A DNA stretch of 64,000 nucleotides, from contig NZ_CP134949.1 in assembly GCF_032116555.1 (NCBI RefSeq), positions 2,480,001 to 2,544,000 of the forward strand, written 5' to 3'. The first letter of the stretch is position 1. Every line of letters starts with the position of its first letter. This document shows positions 1 through 11,268 of this stretch, in pieces. Below the pieces are notes generated by a model that worked only from the letters and a program-made list of their open reading frames with translations, did not search any database and was not told where the DNA came from. This stretch comes from Halorarum halobium. GTDB lineage: Archaea; Halobacteriota; Halobacteria; Halobacteriales; Haloferacaceae. Both the position numbers and the translations under genes were made by a program.

Positions 1-2
1 GG

Positions 3-1079
3 GTGACCGGCGACCTGACGCCGACGATCGACCTGCTCCACGCCAGTGATCGGTACGACCTGGAGGTCCTGTTCGCCCCCCAGCACGGACTGCGTGGAAA
101 CGTTCAGGGGGAGCTCGATCGCTCGCGGTCGGTCGACGAGCGAACCGGCCTGCCCGTCCGGATCCTCTCGGATCAGAGCGAGGCCCGCATCCGCGAGTCC
201 TTCGCGGACGTCGACGTCCTGATCTACGACATGCAGGACATCGGCTGTCGGTTTTACACGCTCGTGAACACGCTCGCGATCGCGCTCAGGGAGGCTGCGG
301 CGACCGGGACGCGGCTCGTGATACTCGACCGACCGAACCCGATCGCGCCGGTGGCGCCGGAGGGCAACACCGTCCCCCCGTTCGGGACGCCCTCGCTCGA
401 CCGGTTCGACCTCCCGATCACACACGGCCTGACGGTGGGGGAACTCGCCCGCTACTTCAACGTCGAGTTCGACGTCGGGGGGGACCTCGAGGTCATCGGA
501 CTCGACGGCTGGGATCGGGACACGTGGTACGACGAAACCGACCTCCCGTGGGTCCACCCCTCCCCGAACATGCCGACGTTACAGACCGCGCTTCTGTATC
601 CGGGCACCTGTTTCTTCGAGAGCACGAACCTCTCGGAGGGGCGGGGGACGACCAAGCCCTTCGAACTCGTCGGCGCGCCGTGGATCGACGGCGAGGACTG
701 GGCGGCCACGCTGAACGACTACGACCTGTCGGGTGTCGCGTTCCGCCCCGCCCACTTCACCCCGATGTTCTCGAAGCACGAACGCAAGGACATCGAGGGC
801 GTCCAGGTGCACATCCTCGACAGGGACGAACTGGACCCCGTCGCGCTCGGGATCACGATGCTCGTTTCGACGTTCGACAGTCACGAGGAGTCGGAGTGGC
901 TCCCCTACAACGGGGGGTACTTCGTCGACAGGCTGGCCGGCGGGAGCTATCTCAGGAAGACGATCGACAACTCGGGAGACGGGGTGACTCCCGTCCACCT
1001 CGCGGAGGGGATCCGCGAGTACTGGTCGGACGACCTGGCGGCGTACATGGACGTGTATGACGAGTACCGGCTCTACTGA
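3..1079 (+). CDS. namZ: Exo-beta-N-acetylmuramidase NamZ family (DUF1343/YbbC), 5' end probably truncated by window edge
   Basis: Family motifs LFAPQHGLRG, DMQDIGCRFYT, LDRPNP, HGLTVGELA, PSPNMPT, SEGRGTTKPFE. Confidence 0.9.
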   Translation: MTGDLTPTIDLLHASDRYDLEVLFAPQHGLRGNVQGELDRSRSVDERTGLPVRILSDQSEARIRESFADVDVLIYDMQDIGCRFYTLVNTLAIALREAAATGTRLVILDRPNPIAPVAPEGNTVPPFGTPSLDRFDLPITHGLTVGELARYFNVEFDVGGDLEVIGLDGWDRDTWYDETDLPWVHPSPNMPTLQTALLYPGTCFFESTNLSEGRGTTKPFELVGAPWIDGEDWAATLNDYDLSGVAFRPAHFTPMFSKHERKDIEGVQVHILDRDELDPVALGITMLVSTFDSHEESEWLPYNGGYFVDRLAGGSYLRKTIDNSGDGVTPVHLAEGIREYWSDDLAAYMDVYDEYRLY

Positions 1080-1133
1080 TCGGGGTCCAGTCTCCCCGAG
1101 CGGCCGGGTGGTCTCCCCAGATATTACCAAACA

Positions 1134-1139
1134 TTTATG
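1134..1139 (+). promoter_or_regulatory. Putative TATA box (TTTATG) for the ABC-SBP operon
   Basis: AT-rich patch atattaccaaacatttatga, about 30 nt upstream of ATG 1169 in a GC-rich background. Confidence 0.5.
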
Positions 1140-1168
1140 ATACAGGACTAATACGCCCTATCTGCGCA

Positions 1169-2803
1169 ATGAGAACCAATCGCACGACCACCGGGACGAG
1201 CAGGCGTCGCCTCATTCGATCGGTCGGCGGGGCTGCCGTGGCGACCGCACTCGCCGGGTGTAGCTCCGACTCGGCGGGGACACCGACGACGAGCCCGGAC
1301 GACTCGGACGGGCAGACGAGCCCGTCGACGGACACGCAAGCCCAGGATTCCATCCCGACGGGCGGGACGCTGAACATCGCGACGGCGGGCGATCCACAGA
1401 ACCTCGACCCCCACACCACGACCATCAACGTCGCACAACTGGTGCTGTCGAACGTCGTGGAGGGGCTGTTCGAACTGGACGCCGACATGAACCTCACCGG
1501 CGTGCTGGCGACGGGCTATGAGGTCAGTGACGACAACCGGACGTACACCATCTCGCTCAAGGAGGGCGTCACGTTCCACACCGGGGCCGAGTTCACCTCG
1601 GCGGACGTCAGGTACTCCATCAATCGCATCCTCGACCCCGACGTCGGCTCGCCCCGTGCCGCGAACTTCTCGCTCCTCGAGTCGATCGAGACGCCCGACG
1701 ACTACACGGTCGTCTTCACGCTCTCGGAGCCGTTCGCGCCGTTCATGGTCAGCCTGACGGATACGGCGGCGATCATCCCCGAGGGGTCGGCCGAGGAACG
1801 AAACTTCCAGCAGGAGCCGGTCGGGACCGGCCAGTTCGTGCTCGACAGCTGGTCGACCGACGACAGCGTCGTCCTGCAGCGGTTCGACGACTACCACGTC
1901 GAGGACCAGCCGTACCTGGACACCTGCGAGTTCAACATCATCCCCGAGGCCGCCACGAGACAGACCCAGCTCCAGAGCGGTCCAGCAGAAGTCATGTTCG
2001 GCGTGCCGTTCCAGCAGGCCGGCGCCCTCGAGTCGGGGTCGTCGACGAACCTCCAGTCCACGTCGGGGCTCTGGAAGCAGGCGCTGTGGTTCAACACGGA
2101 CCGGGAGCCGCTCGGGGACGCCCGCGTTCGTCGGGCGATCAGTTACGCCGTCAACCGCCAGCAGCTCGTCCAGGGAGTCCTGTTCGGCCACGGCCAGGTC
2201 GCCAACTCGCCCGCGCCGCCGACGAGCGCCTGGCGTGACAGGATCGATAGCGGCCAGTCGTACGAGTACAGCCGGGAGCAGGCCAACTCGCTCCTGGACG
2301 AGGCCGGACTGGACCCGGGCTCGATCTCCCTGTCGGTCAAGGCGTCACGGACGCCGGGGACGACCTACGCGGACACGGCGACGCTCGTGCAGTCGCATCT
2401 CACCCAGCTCGGCATGGACGTCGACGTCGAGATCATGGACTTCTCGACGTGGCTCCAGGAGGCGTGGGTCGACAAGAACTACGACCTCTCGATCGGCTCG
2501 TGGTCGGGCCGGACCGACCCCGACGGCTGGTACTACCGGCAGTACCACAGCGAGGGCGCCTGGAACCGGTTCAACTACGCCAACGACGAGGTCGACCAGC
2601 TGCTTCAGGACGGCCGCACGACCGTCGACACGGACGAGCGGGCCGACATCTACAGTCAGGTCGACCGGATCGTCTCCGAGGAGCTCCCGATGACGTACCT
2701 GTACTTCCGTGAGGACATGACGGGGCTGACGCCGTCGGTCGGCGGCTACCAGCTGACCCCGACGTCCCAGGCGGAGTTCGGGACGACGTATCTCGAGCAG
2801 TGA
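1169..2803 (+). CDS. Peptide/nickel-type (family 5) ABC substrate-binding lipoprotein, Tat-exported
   Basis: SRRRLI twin-Arg signal, LAGC lipobox, Ser/Thr/Asp linker, LDPH, EGVTFH.G..FTSADV, PVGTG.F motifs. Confidence 0.92.
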   Translation: MRTNRTTTGTSRRRLIRSVGGAAVATALAGCSSDSAGTPTTSPDDSDGQTSPSTDTQAQDSIPTGGTLNIATAGDPQNLDPHTTTINVAQLVLSNVVEGLFELDADMNLTGVLATGYEVSDDNRTYTISLKEGVTFHTGAEFTSADVRYSINRILDPDVGSPRAANFSLLESIETPDDYTVVFTLSEPFAPFMVSLTDTAAIIPEGSAEERNFQQEPVGTGQFVLDSWSTDDSVVLQRFDDYHVEDQPYLDTCEFNIIPEAATRQTQLQSGPAEVMFGVPFQQAGALESGSSTNLQSTSGLWKQALWFNTDREPLGDARVRRAISYAVNRQQLVQGVLFGHGQVANSPAPPTSAWRDRIDSGQSYEYSREQANSLLDEAGLDPGSISLSVKASRTPGTTYADTATLVQSHLTQLGMDVDVEIMDFSTWLQEAWVDKNYDLSIGSWSGRTDPDGWYYRQYHSEGAWNRFNYANDEVDQLLQDGRTTVDTDERADIYSQVDRIVSEELPMTYLYFREDMTGLTPSVGGYQLTPTSQAEFGTTYLEQ

Positions 2804-2867
2804 CGATGCACGTGGAGTCCCCGAACCGGTTCGAATCGCCGATTCGCTCCCCCCCGCTGACGCCCAC

Positions 2868-3812
2868 ATGAGAAAGTACGTCATCAGACGGCTCGCCCAG
2901 TACGTCCCCGTGCTGTTCGGCGTCTCGGTCATCTCGTTCAGCATGATGCATCTGGTCGCCGGCGGTCCGGTGCGGACGATGCTGGGGACGCAGGCGACCG
3001 AGGAACAGGTCCAGCAGGTGAGAACGGAACTCGGGCTCAACGCGCCGCTGCACGAACAGTATCTCGACTGGATGTGGGGCGTCCTCCACGGCGACCTGGG
3101 CAACTCCATCATGAGCGGCAAGCCCGTCGCGGCCGAGATCGTCGCCCGCTTCCCCGAGACGTTCTGGCTGGCGGCGGGAGCGACCGTGATCTCGATCCTC
3201 ATCGGGATCCCGGCCGGGATCCTCTCGGCCACGAACCGGTACTCGAAGGTCGATTACGCGGCGACCGGCGTCGCGTTCACCGGCATCTCGATCCCCAACT
3301 TCTTCCTCGGGATCCTCCTCATCCTCCTGTTCGGGAACACGTTGAACGTCCTGCCCGTCGCCGGGTTCGTCTCCCCGCTGAAGGACCCAGTCGCGGCGGT
3401 GAAACACCTGCTGTTACCGTGGATCACCCTCGGCACGGCCCTCTCGTCGATCGTCATGCGGATGATGCGATCCAGCCTGCTGGAGGTGTTCAACGAACAG
3501 TACATCCAGGTCGCGAACGCGAAAGGGCTCTCACGCGAACTCGTCACCAACAAGCACGCGATCATGAACGCGTTGATCCCGACGGTGACGATCATCGGCC
3601 TCAACGTCGGCTACCTGCTCGGCGGGACGATCGTCGTCGAACAGATCTTCGCCATCTCGGGGCTAGGACGGCTGATCCTGAGTGCGGTGTTGAACAGGGA
3701 CTTCGTCGTGCTCCAGGGCGTACTGCTCGTCACGGCCGGGCTCTTCACGACCGTCAACTTCGTGACCGACCTCGTCTACGCGGGACTCGATCCGCGAATC
3801 GGCTACGAGTAA
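2868..3812 (+). CDS. dppB: Dipeptide/oligopeptide ABC permease (DppB/OppB)
   Basis: GDLGNS, SIPNFFLG, EAA-loop YIQVANAKGL, VEQIF..GLG, C-terminal DPRI. Confidence 0.9.
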   Translation: MRKYVIRRLAQYVPVLFGVSVISFSMMHLVAGGPVRTMLGTQATEEQVQQVRTELGLNAPLHEQYLDWMWGVLHGDLGNSIMSGKPVAAEIVARFPETFWLAAGATVISILIGIPAGILSATNRYSKVDYAATGVAFTGISIPNFFLGILLILLFGNTLNVLPVAGFVSPLKDPVAAVKHLLLPWITLGTALSSIVMRMMRSSLLEVFNEQYIQVANAKGLSRELVTNKHAIMNALIPTVTIIGLNVGYLLGGTIVVEQIFAISGLGRLILSAVLNRDFVVLQGVLLVTAGLFTTVNFVTDLVYAGLDPRIGYE

Positions 3813-3815
3813 CCA

Positions 3816-4721
3816 ATGGCTGGACAACCAACCGAATCATCGAACGCGGAATCGTCCGCCCGAACGACGCGAACGGGCGTCATCGTGCAAACGGTGATCA
3901 GGGACAAGCTGGCCATCGCCGGCCTGATCGGCCTCCTCACGATGGGCGTGCTGGCGATCTTCGGGCCGATCGTCTCCCCGTACGACCCGACGAACACGAA
4001 CCTCGCGGTCATGTTGCAGGGCCCGTCGCTCGCCCACCCGCTCGGCACCGACCGGTACGGCCGCGACATCCTCACGAGGGTGCTCGTCGGCGCACGGGTG
4101 TCGCTGTACGTCGCGTTCGTCGGCGTCGGCATCGCGACCGGCCTCGGGGTTCCCCTCGGGGCGATCGCCGGCTACTACGAGGGGCTCCTCGGGGAGACGA
4201 TCATGCGCGTGGCCGACATGGTGTTCTCCTTCCCGGCGCTGCTGCTCGCACTCGCGCTCGTGACGGTCCTCGGCCAGTCGAAGTTTAACATCGTCATCGC
4301 GATCGGCATCGTCTACTGGCCGGTGTTCGCCAGACTCACCCGCGGGAGCGTACTCTCGGTCAAGGAGGAGGACTTCATCCAGTCGTCGCGGGCGATCGGC
4401 GACGGCGACGTCCGAATCATCTTCTGGGAGATCCTGCCGAACGTCATCGCGCCGATCATCGTCCAGATCACCATCAGCCTGGCCGTCGCAGTCCTCGTGG
4501 AGAGTTCCCTCTCCTTCCTGGGGCTCGGCGTGCCCGCGCCGGAGCCGTCCTGGGGCCGGATGCTCGCGTCGAGTCGGAGCTTCATGACGCAGGCGCCCTG
4601 GTGGGTGATCGCCCCGGGCGTGTCCATCATGCTCACCGTGTTGAGCTTCAACTTCCTCGGGGACGCGCTCCGTGACGCGCTGGATCCACACCAGGAACGA
4701 CAGCTGGAAGGGAGGAACTGA
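3816..4721 (+). CDS. dppC: Dipeptide/oligopeptide ABC permease (DppC/OppC)
   Basis: HPLGTDRYGRD, ILPNV, ESSLSFLGLG, PSWG, FNFLGDALRDALDP. Confidence 0.9.
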   Translation: MAGQPTESSNAESSARTTRTGVIVQTVIRDKLAIAGLIGLLTMGVLAIFGPIVSPYDPTNTNLAVMLQGPSLAHPLGTDRYGRDILTRVLVGARVSLYVAFVGVGIATGLGVPLGAIAGYYEGLLGETIMRVADMVFSFPALLLALALVTVLGQSKFNIVIAIGIVYWPVFARLTRGSVLSVKEEDFIQSSRAIGDGDVRIIFWEILPNVIAPIIVQITISLAVAVLVESSLSFLGLGVPAPEPSWGRMLASSRSFMTQAPWWVIAPGVSIMLTVLSFNFLGDALRDALDPHQERQLEGRN

Positions 4722-4723
4722 GA

Positions 4724-5952
4724 ATGCAATCCGAATCACCGACGGCCGAACGGGCCGTCCGACACGACGAGGAACCGTTGCTCGACGTGACCGACCTCAG
4801 CGTCGAGTTCGAAACGTCCGCCGGCGCGGTACAGGCGGTCAACGGGATCGATCTCACCATCGCCCCCAACGAGACGCTGGGGGTGGTCGGCGAGAGCGGA
4901 AGCGGGAAGTCCGTCACCGCGTTGAGCCTGCTCCGACTCCTGGAGGGCTCCGCGAACGTCTCCGGCGAGGCACGGTTCCGGGGCGAAGACCTGCTCTCGA
5001 AGCCCGAGGCGGAGATGGAGGACGTCCGCGGGAACAGCATCTCGATGGTGTTCCAGGATCCGGGCTCGTCGCTGAACCCCGTCCTCACGGTCGGCGATCA
5101 GATCTCCGAGACGATCCGCACCCACCGGTCGCCGCCCGGCGAGGGGATCACCCGCCGGGAACGGAACGTCATGGGGAACCTGTTCCGGTCGAAGCGGAGC
5201 TTCAGACGGTTCGAGGAGTCCTGGGACAGGACCGTGGAACTGTTCGAACGGGTCGGCATCCCGCTCCCCGAGCAGCGAGCCCTGGAGTACCCCCACGAGT
5301 TCTCCGGCGGGATGAAACAGCGCGCGCTCATCGCGATGGCGATCTCCTGTCAGCCCGATCTCCTGATCGCGGACGAGCCGACGACCGCCCTCGACGTCAC
5401 GATCGAGGCACAGATCCTTGAGCTGATCGACGAACTCCAGTCGGAGTTCGGCACCGCCGTCCTGTTCATCACCCACGACATGGGCGTCGTCCGGAAGGTG
5501 TGTGACCGGGTCGCGGTCATGTACGCCGGCAGCGTCGTCGAGAACGCGCCGACCGAGGAGCTGTTCGAGCAGCCGAAACACCCCTACACGGAGTCGCTCC
5601 TCCGGAGCGTCCCGCGCCTCGACGGCACGGACGAACTGGACCCGCTCTCGGGGAGCGTCCCCGACCTGACGCAGCTTCCGTCCGGCTGTCCGTTCGCGCC
5701 GCGCTGCCCGGCCGAGAACGACGCGTGCCACACGGCGTTCCCGCCCGCGTACTCGGTGACCGCCGGGAGCGAACCGTTGCCGGTCACCGCCCGGGAAGCG
5801 GACGGCGACGCGGTGACCGACGTTCCGCCCGGTCGACGCGAGACGGCGACCGACCACCTGGTCAACTGCGTGCTGTACGGCGACGCGGACCACCTGACCG
5901 CCCGTGACCCGACGGGGTCCCGGTCGGACGACCGACCGGAGGGGGTCGACCG

Positions 5953-5956
<4 letters not shown>
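4724..5956 (+). CDS. dppD: Oligopeptide ABC ATPase (DppD)
   Basis: Walker [39 protein letters not shown]. Confidence 0.92.
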
Positions 5957-7037
<1,081 letters not shown>

Positions 7038-7038
<1 letters not shown>

Positions 7039-8111
7039 TGAGCGGGTCGCGTTCGCTCTCGACCCTCCTCCGGCGGGGGGTCGAAGCGGACGCGTACGTC
7101 GGCGCGGCCGCGGCGGTCGGCGACGCCGACGGCGGACTCGCCGTCGACTGCGTCGGGTTCGAGGACGAACGGGGCGGCGACCCGGTCACCCGGGAGACCA
7201 GGTTCGACGTCGCCTCGCTCACGAAGCCCGTGGTCACGACGACCGTCTGTGCGCGGCTCCTCGAGCGGGACACCGTCCAGTTGTGGGCTCCGCTCGCGGA
7301 GTACGTGCCGCCGCTCGAGGGGACGGCTCGGGGGGAGATTCCCCTCCGCGACCTGCTGTGTCACACCTCCGGGCTCCCCCCCTACAAGTCGTTCCCGTTC
7401 GGCTGGGAGTCGCCCGAGGCGCTCCGCGAGTCGCTGTACACGAGTCACCTCGGACTGCTCGCGGACCCCGGGGAGTGGTTCGTGTACAGCGATCTCAACT
7501 TCGTCCATCTGGCCGACGCGCTCGCTCGGGCGGCCGGCGAGTCGCTGTCGAGTCTCGCCTCCGCGCACGTGTTCGACCCGCTCGGGATGGAGCGCGCCTC
7601 GCTCGGCCCGCTCGAAGCGACCAGCGACGTCGCAGCGACGCGCGATCACCGCTGGCGGAACGAACGGCTTCGGGGCGAGATCCACGACTACATCGGTGCC
7701 GTCCTGGGGGCGGAAAGCGGGAACGCCGGGCTGTTCGCGACGATCGAGGACCTGACGCCCGTCGCGCGGATGCTCCTCGGCGATGGCGCCCTGGACGGGA
7801 GCCGCGTCCTCTCGGCGTCGACGGTCCGCCGGCTGACCTCGAATCAGACGCCGGACGCGGATCGTCCACACGGGCTCGGCTGGCGGCTACCACACGACGG
7901 GTCGCCGAGCGGGCCCTGGTCGGAGCGATCGTTCGGCCACACCGGGTTCACCGGCACGTCGATCTGGATCGATCCCGACGCCGGCCGGTTCGCGATCCTG
8001 CTGACCAACCACCTGTTGACCGGGGAATCAAGTACCGAGCTTTCGAACGTCCGAGCGAAATTCCACGCCGCCGTCGCCGACGGCGGTGACGAGCTGCTAT
8101 CCAATGACTGA
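7038..8111 (+). CDS. Serine hydrolase of beta-lactamase class C fold, AmiE/YbbE-like (putative MurNAc-L-Ala amidase)
   Basis: FDVASLTK (SxxK), LLCHTSG, YSDLNF, GNAGLF, FGHTGFTGTSIWID; TGATG coupling to dppF; no signal peptide. Confidence 0.8.
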
Positions 8112-9291
8112 ACCACACGACACGATCCGCGCCGTCGGCCTGATGTCGGGGACGTCCCTCGACGGCGTCGACGGCGCCTGCTGTACGATCGACCGAACCG
8201 CGACCGACGACCCGTTCGGGTACGACGTCACCCTCGAGTCGTTCGTGACCGTTGCGTATCCGCCCGCGCTCCGTGACCGGCTGGTCGCCGTCTGTGACGA
8301 CGAGACCGGGACCGTGGACGACGTCTGTCGTCTCAACGTCGGTCTCTGTGAAGTGCTCGCCGACGTCGCGGAGCGGGCGTGGACCGAGGCCGGACACGAG
8401 CGGTCGGCCGTCGACGTCATCGGGAGCCACGGACAGACCATCTGGCACATCCCCGCCGAGGAGCCGGTTCCCGGGTACGAGCGGGCGAGCAGGTCGACGC
8501 TCCAGATCGGCGACGGGAGCGTCCTGAGCGCCCGCACCGGCGTCCCGACGGTCTCGGACTTCCGGATGCGCGACGTCGCCGCGGGCGGACACGGCGCCCC
8601 GCTCGCGCCGTTCATGGACGCGACCCGCTTCGCCGGCGAGTCGGCGTTCCGGGCCGTCCAGAACGTCGGCGGCATCGGAAACTGCACGCTCCTCCCCCCG
8701 AACCCGACGATGGACAACGTGACGGCGTTCGACACCGGCCCGGGGAACATGGTGATCGACGCCGTGGTCGAACTGCTGACCGACGGGGCGGAGACGTACG
8801 ACGTCGACGGCGAGCTCGCGGCACGCGGCTCGGTCGACGAGGGGCTCCTCGAGACGCTGCTGGCGGACGACTACTTCGCGGAGGCCCCGCCAAAATCCAC
8901 CGGGCGGGAGTACTTCGGCCACGAGTACGCGAGGACCGTCATCGAAGCGGGCCGCGAGCGAGGCCTCGACGACGAGGATATCGTCGCCACGGCGACGATG
9001 CTGACCGCGGCATCGATCGACGCCGCCTATCGGGACTTCGCCGACCGGTATCCGGACGAGATCTACGTCTGTGGCGGCGGCGCGTCGAACCCGACGCTCC
9101 TCGAGTTCCTCCGGACGCGGACGGACGCGCCCGTCGCCCGACTGCAGGAGCTCGGCATGGATGCGGACGCGAAGGAGGCCGCGATGTTCGCGCTGTTCGC
9201 GGCGACGAACTGCTGGGGGGAGCCGAACAACGTCCCGTCCGCGACGGGCGCCGACGGCCCGGTCAGCATGGGGAAGGTCTCCCGGCCATGA
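8104..9291 (+). CDS. anmK: Anhydro-N-acetylmuramic acid kinase
   Basis: GLMSGTSLDGVD, SHGQTIWH, TLQIGD, DFR.RDVAAGGHGAPL, NVGGIGN, FDTGPGN, PPKSTGRE, GGGASN, KEA. Confidence 0.95.
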   Translation: MTEPHDTIRAVGLMSGTSLDGVDGACCTIDRTATDDPFGYDVTLESFVTVAYPPALRDRLVAVCDDETGTVDDVCRLNVGLCEVLADVAERAWTEAGHERSAVDVIGSHGQTIWHIPAEEPVPGYERASRSTLQIGDGSVLSARTGVPTVSDFRMRDVAAGGHGAPLAPFMDATRFAGESAFRAVQNVGGIGNCTLLPPNPTMDNVTAFDTGPGNMVIDAVVELLTDGAETYDVDGELAARGSVDEGLLETLLADDYFAEAPPKSTGREYFGHEYARTVIEAGRERGLDDEDIVATATMLTAASIDAAYRDFADRYPDEIYVCGGGASNPTLLEFLRTRTDAPVARLQELGMDADAKEAAMFALFAATNCWGEPNNVPSATGADGPVSMGKVSRP

Positions 9292-10019
9292 GCGACCGCC
9301 TCGAGGGGCTCCTCCCCGACCCGGACGCGATCCCGGCGTCGGGTCCCGGTCCCGCGCTCGTCGTGTTCGACTTCGACGGCACGCTCGCCGAACAGCGCGG
9401 GAGCTGGGGCCTGCTCTACCGCCTGTTCGGCGTCGAACCCGACGGCGTGGACCGCACCGACGCCTACTGGGACGGCGACCTGTCGTTCCAGTCGTGGTGT
9501 GAGGGCAACGTCGCCGACTGGCGCGAGCGGGGCGTCACGGCTTCACACCTGCGACGCGCGGCCGAGGCGATCAAGCTCACGGAGGGGGCCGGTGACCTCC
9601 TGGAAACGCTCTCGGCGGGCGACGTGCCGTTCGGCGTCCTGAGCAGCGGCGTGCTCGATCTGATGGCGCGGATCGAGACGCACGACCCGGCCTTTATCGT
9701 GTCCAACGAGATCCTGTACGAGGACGGCGTCCCGGTGGACGTCAGGGCACACGTCGGCCCCGACGACAAGGGGGAGCTCCTCCGGCGGCTCTGTGCCGCG
9801 GTCGACGTCGATAGCGAGGACGTCGTCTACGTGGGCGACTCCCACTCCGACGTCGAGGCGTTCGAGGTCGCCGGCACCGCCGTGCTGTTCGACCCCGACG
9901 ATCGGATCGAGGAGGACCAGTACGACCTCGTCGACCACCTGCAGACGCGTCGGGACCTCGCGGAACTCGTCGACGTGATTCCCGTGCCCGGACCCCCGTC
10001 GTCCGGACACGAAACCTAG
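9288..10019 (+). CDS. HAD-superfamily (IB, PSP-like) phosphatase
   Basis: VVFDFDGTL motif I, VLSSG motif II, Lys motif III, VGDSHSD motif IV; ATGA overlap with anmK. Confidence 0.85.
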   Translation: MSDRLEGLLPDPDAIPASGPGPALVVFDFDGTLAEQRGSWGLLYRLFGVEPDGVDRTDAYWDGDLSFQSWCEGNVADWRERGVTASHLRRAAEAIKLTEGAGDLLETLSAGDVPFGVLSSGVLDLMARIETHDPAFIVSNEILYEDGVPVDVRAHVGPDDKGELLRRLCAAVDVDSEDVVYVGDSHSDVEAFEVAGTAVLFDPDDRIEEDQYDLVDHLQTRRDLAELVDVIPVPGPPSSGHET

Positions 10020-10046
10020 TTGGTGGCCCGCGCTCTCACCGTGCGT

Positions 10047-10424
10047 ATGGAGGAAGTCAGTACGGATGAGGCTCCTGCGAGCATCGGGCCGTTCTCACAG
10101 GCGATTCGGGACGGGGACACCGTGTACGTCTCCGGACAGGGCCCGGTCGACCGGTCCGGGGAGATCGTCGGCGACGACGTCGCCGAACAGACGGCCCGGA
10201 CGCTGGAGAACGTCGACGCCGTCCTCCGGGCGGCCGGCGGGTCGCTGGACGACGTCGTCAAGGCGACCGTCTTCGTTCGGGACATGGACGCGTACGACGT
10301 CGTCAACGAGGTGTACGCCGAGTCGTTCAGCCCCCCGTTCCCGGCCCGCAGCGCCGTCGAAGTCCGCGATCTCCCGATCGACATCGAGGTGGAGATCGAG
10401 GTGATCGCGAGCATCCCCGAGTGA
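10047..10424 (+). CDS. ridA: RidA/YjgF reactive enamine/imine deaminase
   Basis: APASIGPFSQA, VSGQGP, NEVY, FPARSAVEV, VEIE. Confidence 0.88.
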   Translation: MEEVSTDEAPASIGPFSQAIRDGDTVYVSGQGPVDRSGEIVGDDVAEQTARTLENVDAVLRAAGGSLDDVVKATVFVRDMDAYDVVNEVYAESFSPPFPARSAVEVRDLPIDIEVEIEVIASIPE

Positions 10425-10464
10425 TCAGGGAGGCCCGGAGTCGGGTTCGACCGAACACGAGCGG

Positions 10465-11268
10465 CTACCGATTCCGCTCGTGAACCGTGCGTAGCAACTC
10501 CTCGAGTTCCGTCCGGACCGCCTCGAACATCTCGGCGCCCTTCTCACGGTCAGCCAGGGCCGGGTCGCCGATCGCGCCGGAGTCGGAGTAGGCGTCGAAC
10601 CCACGGTAGACGGACACCGGACCGCCGACGAGCAGGTCCTGTCGCCCCCCTTCGTACGGCTCGTCCAGGTACGTTCCGTCGGCGAGCTCCTCCCTGACGA
10701 GGTCGGGAAACAGGTGGAGCATCAGCGACGTTTCGAACTCCCCGCCGTGAGCCATCCCGCCGGGGTCGCTGTCCCGGAGCTCGGTGATCGCCTCAGTCGC
10801 CAGTTCGAAGTACGTCACCCCGAGCACCTCCGCCGACTCGTTCGCCCGTCCGACCGTGTTCACCACCGTGGAAACGAGCGAGGTGTTCCCGCCGTGCCCG
10901 TTGATCAGCACCATCGCGTCGAACCCGTTGTCGAGCGCGGAGGTGCTGAGCTCCTCGAGAAGCGCGTGTGCCGTCTCGAACTCGGCCGTCATGGTCCCGC
11001 CGAACGGGAGGTGGTGAGACGAGAGGCCGCTCCACACCGTCGGCGTCACGAGGAGCGGAACCTCGTCGACGAGCCGGTCGGCCGTCCGGTTCGATACCTC
11101 CCCGGCGAGGAGACTGTCGGTGCCCACCGGGAGGTGGTCGCCGTGCTGTTCGACGCTCCCGAGCGGGACGACGAGAATCGATCCCTCCCGCCCGGCGATT
11201 TCACGGATCTCCGAGGCGGTGCGTGTCAGCCACGCCGCGTCGCCGCCGGTCAGCAAGCTCTGAACCAT
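10465..11268 (-). CDS. Creatininase-family amidohydrolase
   Basis: GSVEQHGDHLPVGTD, SSHH.PFGGT, NGHGGN, HGGEFETS. Confidence 0.9.
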   Translation of the reverse strand: MVQSLLTGGDAAWLTRTASEIREIAGREGSILVVPLGSVEQHGDHLPVGTDSLLAGEVSNRTADRLVDEVPLLVTPTVWSGLSSHHLPFGGTMTAEFETAHALLEELSTSALDNGFDAMVLINGHGGNTSLVSTVVNTVGRANESAEVLGVTYFELATEAITELRDSDPGGMAHGGEFETSLMLHLFPDLVREELADGTYLDEPYEGGRQDLLVGGPVSVYRGFDAYSDSGAIGDPALADREKGAEMFEAVRTELEELLRTVHERNR

